This document shows, one piece after another, positions 9,477 to 19,343 of a stretch of 64,000 nucleotides of DNA. The notes under the pieces were generated by a model. It worked only from the letters and a program-made list of their open reading frames with translations. It did no database searches and was not told the origin of the DNA. The stretch comes from Bacteroidota bacterium (GTDB lineage Bacteria; Bacteroidota; Bacteroidia; AKYH767-A; OLB10): contig JAGVTU010000003.1 of assembly GCA_019136655.1 (NCBI GenBank), positions 28,098-92,097 on the forward strand. Reading direction: 5' to 3'. Position numbers and translations under genes: made by a program. Positions within the stretch are counted from its first letter, which is position 1. Each line of letters starts with the position of its first letter.

Positions 9477-10940
9477 ATGGATATCCTCAATCAGATTATT
9501 TGTGGGCTGAATAAAGAGCAGGTACGTTTTTTCAAAATGTATCTAAGCCGTATTGAAACTGAAGACGAGCGAAAAGATGTCGTATTGTTTGACTACATAC
9601 GCAAGAGTAGCGACAACTATGATGATGAAAAAATTTTCAGGCGACTTTATGACGACAATGAAAAGAATTCTTTTTACAGATTAAAAAACAGACTCATGCG
9701 TGAAGTCAACAAAAGCCTCACGCTTCAGCATTTTGATGATGAGCCTGTGGTTTATATTTTCCGTTTGCTGGCACTCGTAAAATTTTATCTGAATAAAAAC
9801 GCACTGAAGCCTGCACATTATTTTCTGCGTAAAGCTGAACAGAAAGCAAAATCTATTGAAAACCTTGAGTTGTTAGACATCATCTATGGTGAGTTTATCA
9901 AACTTGCCAGAGAACAGGTTTCAATAAATCCTGAGGAATATATTTTAAAGCGAAAAGAAAATCTGATGAACCTGAGCCGTATGCGAACCATGGACGACAT
10001 TCTGGCTGCAGTAATTTACCGTCTTAAAGTAACTCAAAATCTTGGCACCACTGACAGCTCTGTTATTCAACTGCTCCAAAAAACCATTGACGATTTTGAT
10101 GATAAATCACTTTCATCAAGTCCTTTGTTTCGTTTCAAAATGTATCAGGGTGTAAGTCAGGTTTTGTTGCAGTCGCATCAGTATGCCCTTCTTGAAAATT
10201 ATCTGCTTAAAACCTATCATTCTTTCAGAGATGAGAAACTGTTCAACAAAAACAATCATGAAACCAAACTGCAGATGTTGATTTATCTTGTCAACTCACT
10301 TTACAAAAACGGCAAACAAAAACTGTCGCTCGAGTATGCAGATGAGTTGCACACTGCCATGAAAGAGTTTGGAAATATGCTTTATGATAAATATTTGTTT
10401 TACTATTATAACACGCTTGTCATCAACTACTCCCGCACAAATAAGCGAAAAGAGTTGGAAGTGCTGACAGAAATGGACAAGAATCCGAAGATAAATTCAA
10501 ACCCTTTCCACCGTCAGTTTATTTTACTCAATATGTCGTTGGCATGGTTCGATCTGAAAGAGTTCAATAAAGCAGCACGTTATCTTTCCAGACTGCAACT
10601 TTTACCTGAATTCAAAGAGGCTGACAGTGCACTGCGTTTGCGAATTGCCGTTACTGAACTGATGATACGTTATGAGCTGAATGATATTGACACATTTAAA
10701 TACAAACACAAACAGTTCAGGAAAGACTATGCTAAAGAGCTCACCTACCCTACAAACGAATCCGAAAAAATTATGGCAGAAATTCTTAATCTGATGACGG
10801 AAGAAAATCCTAAGAAGAATAAATCACTGTTATCGAAGGTAAAGAATATCTCCTCTGCCACACATGCCGATGATGATGCTCAGGGATTGATTCATTATGC
10901 ATCATGGTTAAAAGAAAAATTTCCGGCAGTGTTGGTGTGA
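9477..10940 (+). CDS. hypothetical all-helical (TPR-like) protein, 487 aa
   Basis: Long ORF with no recognisable catalytic motif. Composition is rich in helical repeats. Confidence 0.4.
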   Translation: MDILNQIICGLNKEQVRFFKMYLSRIETEDERKDVVLFDYIRKSSDNYDDEKIFRRLYDDNEKNSFYRLKNRLMREVNKSLTLQHFDDEPVVYIFRLLALVKFYLNKNALKPAHYFLRKAEQKAKSIENLELLDIIYGEFIKLAREQVSINPEEYILKRKENLMNLSRMRTMDDILAAVIYRLKVTQNLGTTDSSVIQLLQKTIDDFDDKSLSSSPLFRFKMYQGVSQVLLQSHQYALLENYLLKTYHSFRDEKLFNKNNHETKLQMLIYLVNSLYKNGKQKLSLEYADELHTAMKEFGNMLYDKYLFYYYNTLVINYSRTNKRKELEVLTEMDKNPKINSNPFHRQFILLNMSLAWFDLKEFNKAARYLSRLQLLPEFKEADSALRLRIAVTELMIRYELNDIDTFKYKHKQFRKDYAKELTYPTNESEKIMAEILNLMTEENPKKNKSLLSKVKNISSATHADDDAQGLIHYASWLKEKFPAVLV

Positions 10941-10984
10941 TCCGATTACAACTTTTTATTGTGTAATAATTCAAAGTGCTAAAT

Positions 10985-13381
10985 TCACACTGCCGCTTCC
11001 AATGAAGTTATTTTTTGTTCGATTACTACAATCAATTTATCAAACATAATCTTGCAATCGTTCAATACAGCAAGAGTAGCTTTCTTATCCTGCCCTTCAA
11101 GCAACAACCATTCAAGGTTTTTAAAAATTTTTGTGAAGTGGTCAAGCTCCAGCTGCCTGAATGATGGAATCATGCGATGCAAATGCGCTGCCGCCTCTGC
11201 ATAGTTTTCTTCTTCAGTAAAACGAAGTGTGTTATCGAGTAACTTGGTATTGCTGCTGACAAATATTTTAAGCATTTTTATAACAAAGTCACTTTTGCCG
11301 TTGGAGGTTTTGTACAAACTGCCCAGGTTGAAACTAAAAACATCCGTTACGATTGCAGACTGTTCTTTATGCCTTTCGATAAGTGGATTCAGAATGGTTG
11401 CAAGCTGTTTGGTGTCGAATGGTTTTAAAAGCACTTCATTCATTCCTGCATCTGCACATTCCTGGCGTGCATCATTCATCATATTTGCTGTTATGCCTAT
11501 CACAGGAAGTGTTTTGCTGATGTGTTCACGGATAAACATTACAGCTTGTCTGCCATTCATTTCAGGCATTTGCACATCCATCAGCACAGCAACAGGGTTG
11601 TTCAGTAAAATCTTTTCTATCGCTTCCTTTCCGTTATGCGCAGTAATTACATCGGCACCTGCCTCTTTCAATGATGCTATTGCCAGTTCGCGGTTCAGGT
11701 CATCATCTTCTGCAATTAAAATATTTTCGTTCAGCAAATATTTCTCTTCTTGTTCGCCAATGGTTGTATGCACGTCAGCAGTTTCCACCTGACGATAGGG
11801 TATGGTAACTGTAATTACAGTACCTTTCTGCAAGCGGCTTTCAATGGCAATATCACCGTAAAGCAATTCAACAATTTTTCCTGTAATAGCTAATCCAAGT
11901 CCTGTACCTCCATAATTTTTTTCAATGTTGTCGGCTTGTTCATACGGATTAAAAATTCGTTGCAGTTTTTCTTCCGGAATGCCGATGCCTGTATCTGAAA
12001 CTTTAAACGAGTACTTGTTCTGTTCAGATTTAAACACCTGCAAATGCACTGTGCCTTCATTGGTAAATTTGATGGCATTGGCAACAATGTTAATCAATAT
12101 CTGTCGAAGGCGTAATGGGTCGCCCTCCACCACATCACGTATTACCGCAGTAGTGTCAGCAGTAAAATTTATATGTTTTTCTGAGGCTTTTTGCGCTAAC
12201 ATGGAATACACATCATTCACTAATGCAGCAACAGAAAAGTTTTCGTTCTTTAACTGAAGTTTGCCTGTTTCAATACGCGACAAATCCAATACATCATTCA
12301 CAATATTCAGCAGATGATCGCCTGCCATATCTATAGTTCTGATATATTGTTTTTGCTCTGTTGTGGCTGAAGTATTCAGCAGTCGCTTGGTAAATCCGGT
12401 GATAGCGCTTAGCGGAGTACGTATTTCATGACTCATGCTTGCCAGAAAATCTTCTTTAAACTTCGCTAACTGTTCTGATTTTGCTTTAGCTTTTTCAAGT
12501 TCGGTTTTATAGCGGTTGGCACGACTTATTCCTGTGAGAATTATAATAGACAGCAGCAAAATAAATACCGAAGCAAACAGCGTAACTGCCATCACGGTTT
12601 GCATCTGTTGCCGCGAATCGTAAACAACTTTTTGTGATTGTATTTCGTTGTTGATTCTTATTTTTCCTTCGAGGTTATTCACCTGTTCCTGCAATTGTTC
12701 TTTCAGGACTTTATCCTGCTCCAACAAATGCAACTCTTTTTCGCTGAGAATAGAAATCTGTTTAACTTCATTTTCCTGCGCTGCAGTAACTGTTTTCTTA
12801 ATACTGCTGAGTTTTTGAGTTTGTAATTCGTTGAGCGAATCCAGTAGAATAGCTTTCTCTTCCAGCTCCCTCATTCGTTTGCCTGAAGAAAACAACCGTT
12901 TGAAAAAACCCTGTTTTGTTGCTGCAACAGAATCACTGTCGGCAGGAATGACAATATCTTTTACATTGCCTGAAATTTTACTCATTGCCTCATTAATGAG
13001 TTGCCGGTACCGAAGGTCAATCAGTTCGTCATACAATTCAAATTTCATTTTAACTGATTTTGAAATGTCATCGAACTCTTTCTCATAACCGGTAAAAAGA
13101 GATTTGAGATGAATCATCTGTGAGTCGGAAGCCGAAACCATGTTATAATAACCGGTCAGATAGTCTTTATTACGCGTGATAGCAAATGAACGTACATCAC
13201 TTTCTGCATTATTTACATTCAGCACAAGCAGGTTTAAATCTGAAATACGAGTATCAGGCTTCTGCAGATTTTCTATTGTATGGCTTAGGGCTGTTGTATT
13301 GCGGAAATTGTACCAGGTCAGAAAAACCGCTGCTGCCAGAGCTACTATCATCAACAGTACTATGTAAAATCTTTTTTGCAT
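10985..13381 (-). CDS. hybrid sensor histidine kinase / response regulator with C-terminal Hpt-like region
   Basis: Two TM segments flank a periplasmic coiled-coil sensor region of about 240 aa. H-box SHEIRTPLSAITGF. HATPase G-boxes (DTGIGI, GGTGLGL). REC domain (LIAEDDDLN...DVQMPEMNG). The C-terminal helical part resembles an Hpt domain. Confidence 0.85.
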   Translation of the reverse strand: MQKRFYIVLLMIVALAAAVFLTWYNFRNTTALSHTIENLQKPDTRISDLNLLVLNVNNAESDVRSFAITRNKDYLTGYYNMVSASDSQMIHLKSLFTGYEKEFDDISKSVKMKFELYDELIDLRYRQLINEAMSKISGNVKDIVIPADSDSVAATKQGFFKRLFSSGKRMRELEEKAILLDSLNELQTQKLSSIKKTVTAAQENEVKQISILSEKELHLLEQDKVLKEQLQEQVNNLEGKIRINNEIQSQKVVYDSRQQMQTVMAVTLFASVFILLLSIIILTGISRANRYKTELEKAKAKSEQLAKFKEDFLASMSHEIRTPLSAITGFTKRLLNTSATTEQKQYIRTIDMAGDHLLNIVNDVLDLSRIETGKLQLKNENFSVAALVNDVYSMLAQKASEKHINFTADTTAVIRDVVEGDPLRLRQILINIVANAIKFTNEGTVHLQVFKSEQNKYSFKVSDTGIGIPEEKLQRIFNPYEQADNIEKNYGGTGLGLAITGKIVELLYGDIAIESRLQKGTVITVTIPYRQVETADVHTTIGEQEEKYLLNENILIAEDDDLNRELAIASLKEAGADVITAHNGKEAIEKILLNNPVAVLMDVQMPEMNGRQAVMFIREHISKTLPVIGITANMMNDARQECADAGMNEVLLKPFDTKQLATILNPLIERHKEQSAIVTDVFSFNLGSLYKTSNGKSDFVIKMLKIFVSSNTKLLDNTLRFTEEENYAEAAAHLHRMIPSFRQLELDHFTKIFKNLEWLLLEGQDKKATLAVLNDCKIMFDKLIVVIEQKITSLEAAV

Positions 13382-13609
13382 ATCGGAATCAAAAATACAA
13401 CCCTGTTTTGTGTCATTCAGAAAATATTTTTCCCATTTTGAAACAAATACTTTCTGAAAATGCTTTTAGAAGGGAATGGTGTAAAACTTTGCAAACTACT
13501 GATATGTAAAATATTGGCATGTTAATAACGAAGGGAACAGACTCTGATTGTTTGCTTTGGCACGTTGTTGTATAGTCTTTAACCGTACAAATTTCAAATT
13601 TCAATCAAA

Positions 13610-14476
13610 ATGAAAAAGTTAATTTTAATAGCGCTGCCGGTAATAGGAATGACTTTATTCGGATGCGAAAACTACAAAGAACAGGCTGCACAGTTAGCAA
13701 AAGAACGTGATTCGCTAATGGCTTTAAATAATGCTGGAACACAAACTATTGATGAGTTTGTAAGTACGCTTACTGAAGTTGAAAACAACCTTGGCAAAAT
13801 CACTGAAAAGCAAAATGCAGTTGCAATGGCCGCTGACCGTAATCCTGAAGGAGCACGTTCATCACGCGAAAGACTGAATGCGCAGATTGAAGAGATCAAC
13901 CGTATGATGTCAGAAAATAAAGCTAAAATTGAAGAGCTTTCTAAAAAACTCGGTGGTGCAAATGCACATGCTGCAAAGTTTAAGAAAATGGTACAATCTC
14001 TTCAGGAGCAACTGACACAGAAAGAACAGGAACTGGTGGCACTGAATGAAAAATTAGGAAACCTGAATGTAGAGCTTACTTCTTTAAAAACGAGCTTTGA
14101 CTCTGTTTCAACAATGAATCAAAATCAGGCTACTACTATTGCTGAACAAACCAACAAAATTCACACTGCTTACTATACTGTTGGTAACTACAAAAAATTG
14201 CGCGACAAACAAGTTCTTTCCAAAAAAGGCGGACTACTTGGTATGGGTAAATCTGCAACTGTTGTTCCAACTATTAAAGACGATAACTTTACACGTATAG
14301 ATTATACTCAGGTAAGCACTATTCCTGTAAACAGCAAAAAAGCAGAGCTGGTAACTACACATCCGGTTGGTTCATATAAAATTGAAAAAGAAAATGACAA
14401 AATCAGTGATATCGTAATTACCGATCCTGAAAAATTCTGGAGTGCGTCAAAATATTTAGTTGTAATGACCAAATAA
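13610..14476 (+). CDS. coiled-coil lipoprotein (hypothetical)
   Basis: Lipoprotein signal (LFGC). A long heptad-like coiled-coil region precedes a C-terminal beta-rich domain. Confidence 0.5.
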   Translation: MKKLILIALPVIGMTLFGCENYKEQAAQLAKERDSLMALNNAGTQTIDEFVSTLTEVENNLGKITEKQNAVAMAADRNPEGARSSRERLNAQIEEINRMMSENKAKIEELSKKLGGANAHAAKFKKMVQSLQEQLTQKEQELVALNEKLGNLNVELTSLKTSFDSVSTMNQNQATTIAEQTNKIHTAYYTVGNYKKLRDKQVLSKKGGLLGMGKSATVVPTIKDDNFTRIDYTQVSTIPVNSKKAELVTTHPVGSYKIEKENDKISDIVITDPEKFWSASKYLVVMTK

Positions 14477-14510
14477 GAACAGAAAATAATTCTTTGGTTT
14501 TAGGTTGGGT

Positions 14511-14538
14511 AGCGGAGTAGAAATGCTCCGCTTTTTTC
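14511..14538 (+). terminator. rho-independent terminator
   Basis: Stem AGCGGAG / CTCCGCT with an 8-nt loop, followed by TTTTTT, about 35 nt after the stop at 14476. Confidence 0.65.
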
Positions 14539-14891
14539 ATGTCCGTATGTTAACCTTTAAACTTGCTTTAACCCCTTGCAAGCGTAATTTCAACCAAACT
14601 AAATTAATTATTGGTAGATGTTTCAACTATAAATTGCAAAGCTTAATGCCTCCGGTTTAATCAGTTGCTTACTTTAAATCTTCTCCATCAAAAAGCTTTA
14701 TTGCTGCAAGATTTTAAACTCCTTATCTATACACATGAGTTGTATAAGCATTAATCATAAAACTACCTATAAGGTTTGCATTAAAAAAATGTTCTGCAAA
14801 ATATTGGAGGTTCTGCCTAAAGCTAAATGCAGTACTGAATTAACAGCTTTGATAAATGTAAAGGCTTAGAATATTTTCAGTGGTATTCCTG

Positions 14892-15827
14892 TTATTTCAG
14901 ATCAACAGAAGTGCCTGCAATCATACTTCCTTCGCAATATACTTCAATGGTATATTTACCGGGAGCAAAAGCTGAACCTTTTTCCCAATAAATACACATA
15001 TTAGTTTCTTTATTGTCGTAATCAAAGGATTCTTTTACTGTATAAAGTGATGCCTGTCCGGCAATGGTAAATGTTTCGGAATTATTGGTCATCACGGAAC
15101 CATCAGGTCCGGTAATTTTTACAAAAACATCTTTTGAACCCGCAGTAGTTACCGTGTTTTCGAGAATAGTAAAGCAAGTTTTGATTTTTTGAGCCGAAGA
15201 AGCCTTGTTGGTTTCCATCTCCTTGCCACTGTTTTTATATCTCACTCCTGCAGATTTGATAGCAGTTGTTTTCAATACTGATGCTGCAGCTACCCGTTTT
15301 GTCAGAACAGAATTTTCCATTTCCAGATTAGAAGATTTATTCTTTTCAACGGTAATCATATTGTTGAGCGATTCGTTTTGTGTAAGAAGTTGTTCATTTA
15401 CTCCTCTCAGTGAATCTAATTGCATCACATATAACTGATTCATTGACTTCAGACGTTCAAGTTCCTGACGTGCTGCTTTCAGTTGTGCTGCATCACCCGA
15501 TTCAATCATTCTTCTTATCTGAGCCATCTTGCTTTTAATCTCCTCATCCTTACTCAGCAATTGTGATTGCAGACTGGAATTCTCCTGATTTATTTTTTCA
15601 AACTCGGCTTTTACACGTTGTAATTCTGCTGACAATGCATCCCGTTCAGCTGAAGTGCTTTCCAAACTGCGCGAAACTTCTTCCAAATGGCTCTTTTTAT
15701 CAAAAAACTGCCATAACAACAGGCCATTTACTCCTAATAAAATAGCAATTACTACAAAAACCAATGCCCTGCGAGAGTTTTGTTCTCTCCTGTCGGCTTT
15801 GGCATATTCACTGTTAGAGTCTTCCAT
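14892..15827 (-). CDS. membrane-anchored coiled-coil protein (hypothetical)
   Basis: Short charged N-terminus, a single TM (ALVFVVIAILLGVNGLLLW), a coiled coil of about 150 aa, and a C-terminal beta-rich domain. Confidence 0.5.
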   Translation of the reverse strand: MEDSNSEYAKADRREQNSRRALVFVVIAILLGVNGLLLWQFFDKKSHLEEVSRSLESTSAERDALSAELQRVKAEFEKINQENSSLQSQLLSKDEEIKSKMAQIRRMIESGDAAQLKAARQELERLKSMNQLYVMQLDSLRGVNEQLLTQNESLNNMITVEKNKSSNLEMENSVLTKRVAAASVLKTTAIKSAGVRYKNSGKEMETNKASSAQKIKTCFTILENTVTTAGSKDVFVKITGPDGSVMTNNSETFTIAGQASLYTVKESFDYDNKETNMCIYWEKGSAFAPGKYTIEVYCEGSMIAGTSVDLK

Positions 15828-16080
15828 TCTGTGGTGAGCAAATTTTTAATGGTGCAAAATAATATAATTTCATGAAACAGGCAATACCTGAATTGAAAAT
15901 TACGGCTATTGATACGTATTTACAGTACTAAGGGTTGCTTACTTCCCTCTCCGGTTCACTGATTTATTTTCAAAATCCTTACAAAAAGGATGAACTAATT
16001 CCTTGGGTCATTCAAATGATATCCATATTTTTACCATTACATAGTTTAAAAGTTATATTTCTGATCTAACTATCAGGCTT

Positions 16081-16764
16081 ATGATTTCCAACCTTGTTAA
16101 CCTGTTTTTCCCTGACAACTGCCCCGGCTGTGGTTATAATTTTCTGCGTGGCGAGGCTGTAATATGTCAGCGCTGCCTTCACCATTTACCCAAAACCAAC
16201 TATCACCTTTATCACGATAATCCGGTGGCTAAAAATTTCTGGGGTAAAGCTAATCTGCATGCAGCTACTTCAGTTTATTATTTTGACAAAGGTGAGTCTC
16301 TTCAGCATTTATTGCACCAACTCAAGTACAGAGGCAATAGCAAAATTGGTGTAGTGCTTGGCCAGCGTGTAGCTATGGAACTGGAGATGGCTGATGAGTT
16401 CAGACGTGCTGATGTAATTGTACCTGTACCGCTACATCCTAAAAAATTACTGCAAAGAGAATATAACCAGAGTGAAGTTATTGCTAAAGGAATGTCTGAT
16501 GTGTGGGGGACACCTGTGCAACCTGCTCTTTTAATTCGTACAAAACATACAGAAACGCAGACTCATAAATCGCGATTCGAGCGTTTTGAAAATGTAAGAG
16601 ATGTTTTTCATCTTGATAACGAAGCTTCCTATGCAGGAAAACATATTCTTATTGTAGATGATGTTATTACCACAGGATCTACCATCCTCTCCTGTGCTGA
16701 TACTTTTACAGATGTTCAGGGTTGCAAAATTTCAGTGGTGTCTGTTGCAGTAGCCCATCGTTGA
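16081..16764 (+). CDS. comF: ComF family protein (phosphoribosyltransferase domain)
   Basis: N-terminal Cys pairs (CPGCG...CQRC). C-terminal PRTase motif ILIVDDVITTGSTI. Confidence 0.65.
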   Translation: MISNLVNLFFPDNCPGCGYNFLRGEAVICQRCLHHLPKTNYHLYHDNPVAKNFWGKANLHAATSVYYFDKGESLQHLLHQLKYRGNSKIGVVLGQRVAMELEMADEFRRADVIVPVPLHPKKLLQREYNQSEVIAKGMSDVWGTPVQPALLIRTKHTETQTHKSRFERFENVRDVFHLDNEASYAGKHILIVDDVITTGSTILSCADTFTDVQGCKISVVSVAVAHR

Positions 16765-16789
16765 AATTCGGATATTTGCCACACGAATT

Positions 16790-17287
16790 ATGGCAGAACA
16801 AATTTATATAGACACTTCTCTTCCCGTAAAAGAGCGTTATGAAGAATTGTTGCCTCAGCTCAAAGCACTGGTTTCGGGTGAGGATGATATGATGGCCAAT
16901 GCTGCCAACATTTGTGCTGCTCTGAAAGAAACATTCGGATGGTTTTGGGTAGGATTTTATTTTGTAAAAGAAAACAACTCCAAAAAACAACTTGTACTCG
17001 GGCCTTTTCAGGGACCGGTAGCATGCACGCGCATTGATTTTGGCAAAGGTGTTTGCGGAACAGCCTGGGTCAACAAGGAAACTTTAATAGTGGATAATGT
17101 AGATTTGTTTCCGGGACATATTGCATGCAACAGTCTTTCAAAATCAGAAATTGTGGTTCCTGTGATAAAGGACAATCAGGTGATTGCAGTGCTCGATATT
17201 GACAGCGAAAATCTTTCGGCATTTAATGATATGGATGCTTTTTATCTCGAAAAAACAGTAAGGCTTTTAACTGATGACATCCGCTGA
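16790..17287 (+). CDS. GAF domain protein (free methionine-R-sulfoxide reductase MsrC/YebR-like)
   Basis: Single GAF fold of 165 aa with FWVGFY..., GKGVCGTA and the conserved Cys. Resembles YebR/fRMsr. Confidence 0.65.
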   Translation: MAEQIYIDTSLPVKERYEELLPQLKALVSGEDDMMANAANICAALKETFGWFWVGFYFVKENNSKKQLVLGPFQGPVACTRIDFGKGVCGTAWVNKETLIVDNVDLFPGHIACNSLSKSEIVVPVIKDNQVIAVLDIDSENLSAFNDMDAFYLEKTVRLLTDDIR

Positions 17288-17297
17288 TTTAAAATTT

Positions 17298-18902
17298 ATG
17301 CAGAGAGTTTTTTTTCAACCGCTGATGTTGTTGGCCATGCTCATGATAGGTGGTTGTGCTTCGGTAGTTGCACCATCTGGCGGACCAAAAGACACTAAAG
17401 CTCCCGAATTGCAGAAAGTATCTCCGGCAGCACTCACCACACATTTCTCAGAAAAAACAATTGTGTTTTATTTCAACGAGTTTATTCAGTTGAAGGATAA
17501 AGAAAAACAGGTTGTCATTTCACCCATAATGAAACCGGCACCTGAAATGACGGTGAAAGGAAAAAAACTGATTGTTACTCTGAAATCTCCACTCAAAGAC
17601 TCGTCAACCTATACCATCAACTTCGGCAATGCCATCTGCGACCTTCATGAGGGAAATGCACTTTCTGATTATACGTATGTGTTTTCTACCGGAAGTTTTG
17701 TGGACACTCTTTCAGTGAAAGGAAATGTGAGCTATGCAGAAAATAACAAACCGGAAAAAGGAGTGTTGGTTATGCTTTATACGGCACAGGATGATTCATT
17801 ACCTTTCTTATCCATGCCTTCCTTTATTACACGAACTGATGATAAAGGAGATTTTAAAATCAACAATATCGGACATGGTCCTTTCAAAATTTTTGCGCTG
17901 AAAGATGCTGACAATAATTACAAATATAATTCGGCAGACGAGCCTGTTGCTTTTCTTTCGTCACCAATAGCAGGTGGCGACAGCAGTGTGATTCATCTGC
18001 AGTTGTTTAAAGAAGAAGAACCCAATCTTTATGTTAAAGAATACAAAGTTTTGAATGCATTATCTGCACGCATTATACTTAACAAACCTTCTGAGGCAGT
18101 CATTCAGCCTCTGGATACAACTTCAAATTCAATCCTCTACACCAACTACAATCTGACACGCGACACAGTAATACTCTGGTTTAATGACACCCTTCAAGAT
18201 ACATTAAAAACCAAAGTCATTAATCAGGGCATTGTGATAGATACAATATCTCTTTACAAAAGCATTCCTGTTAATTTAAAACGTATTGCAGAAAAACTGA
18301 TGGTTACAACCTTGCAGCCAACATACAGCATACCGGGTGAACCGTGGAGGTTTCAAAGTTCAGTTCCACTTTCATCCATCAATATTGATAAAATTAAAAT
18401 TACCATAGACAGCATTAAGTCTGTAGCATTTATTGATTCACTAAGTCCAGTTTCTAAGCAGACGTTTTATTTGAATGCCGGTTCTAAAGAAAAAAGTAAA
18501 TATGATATTACCTTTCTGCCGGGTGCATTAACTGATATTTATCAGACTACAAATGATACAGTGAAGTTTGTTATTTCCACAGCCGCCTTTACCGATTACG
18601 GAAGTTTAAAAATTAAACTGAAAGGACTGAAAAACGGAAGATATGTGCTGCAACTGGTTGATGAAAAAGATAATGCCATCGCTGAAAAAATAATTTCTGC
18701 TGACGGAATTTATCTTTTTGAAAATTTAGCACCTGCAAAGTGCAGAGTAAAACTTATTGAAGACCTTGATGGCAACGGAAAATTCACTACAGGAAATTAT
18801 CTGAAAAATATTCAGCCGGAAAAATGTTATTACTATGGTGAAACCATCACGGTGCGTGCTAACTGGGATATTGAAACCGACTGGAAAGTTAAAATGGAAT
18901 AA
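17298..18902 (+). CDS. Ig-like domain-containing lipoprotein (hypothetical)
   Basis: Signal peptide with lipobox (MLMIGGCAS) at the ATG at 17298. Beta-rich Ig-like N-terminal region. Confidence 0.5.
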   Translation: MQRVFFQPLMLLAMLMIGGCASVVAPSGGPKDTKAPELQKVSPAALTTHFSEKTIVFYFNEFIQLKDKEKQVVISPIMKPAPEMTVKGKKLIVTLKSPLKDSSTYTINFGNAICDLHEGNALSDYTYVFSTGSFVDTLSVKGNVSYAENNKPEKGVLVMLYTAQDDSLPFLSMPSFITRTDDKGDFKINNIGHGPFKIFALKDADNNYKYNSADEPVAFLSSPIAGGDSSVIHLQLFKEEEPNLYVKEYKVLNALSARIILNKPSEAVIQPLDTTSNSILYTNYNLTRDTVILWFNDTLQDTLKTKVINQGIVIDTISLYKSIPVNLKRIAEKLMVTTLQPTYSIPGEPWRFQSSVPLSSINIDKIKITIDSIKSVAFIDSLSPVSKQTFYLNAGSKEKSKYDITFLPGALTDIYQTTNDTVKFVISTAAFTDYGSLKIKLKGLKNGRYVLQLVDEKDNAIAEKIISADGIYLFENLAPAKCRVKLIEDLDGNGKFTTGNYLKNIQPEKCYYYGETITVRANWDIETDWKVKME

Positions 18903-18905
18903 ATC

Positions 18906-19322
18906 ATGCAACAAGAAAAATTTGATTCAGGAAAAGCTCCCGAGCCTGTGGGACTTTATCCTCATGCAAGACGGGTTGGCGATCTTCTTTTTTTATCAGG
19001 TGTGGGACCTCGCGAACGTGGTACAAAAAAAATTCCGGGAGTAACACTTGATGACAAGGGCAACATTTTGTCGTATGACATAGCAGAACAATGTCATTCG
19101 GTTTTTCGCAATGTGAAATATATTCTGGAAGATGCCGGCAGCAGTTGGGAAAAAATTATTGATGTAACAGTTTTTCTTACCAATATGAAAGACGATTTTC
19201 AGGTTTACAATAAATTGTGGGCAGAATATTTCAGCGGGAATCCGCCCTGTCGCACCACAGTGGAAATTAATTGCCTGCCTACGCCCATTGCTATTGAGCT
19301 AAAAGTGATAGCAACTGTTTAA
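18906..19322 (+). CDS. ridA: RidA family protein (YjgF/TdcF)
   Basis: RidA-family signature regions, including the GPCRTTVEI segment, and the typical length. Confidence 0.85.
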   Translation: MQQEKFDSGKAPEPVGLYPHARRVGDLLFLSGVGPRERGTKKIPGVTLDDKGNILSYDIAEQCHSVFRNVKYILEDAGSSWEKIIDVTVFLTNMKDDFQVYNKLWAEYFSGNPPCRTTVEINCLPTPIAIELKVIATV

Positions 19323-19343
19323 TTGTTTTCTGATAACGACCAC

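Noticed and set aside
11229-11792. 187-aa ORF on the + strand entirely inside the hybrid histidine kinase gene
   Set aside because: It is antisense to a well-supported kinase CDS. Its composition is low-complexity and rich in Ser, Cys and Leu, typical of an antisense shadow ORF.
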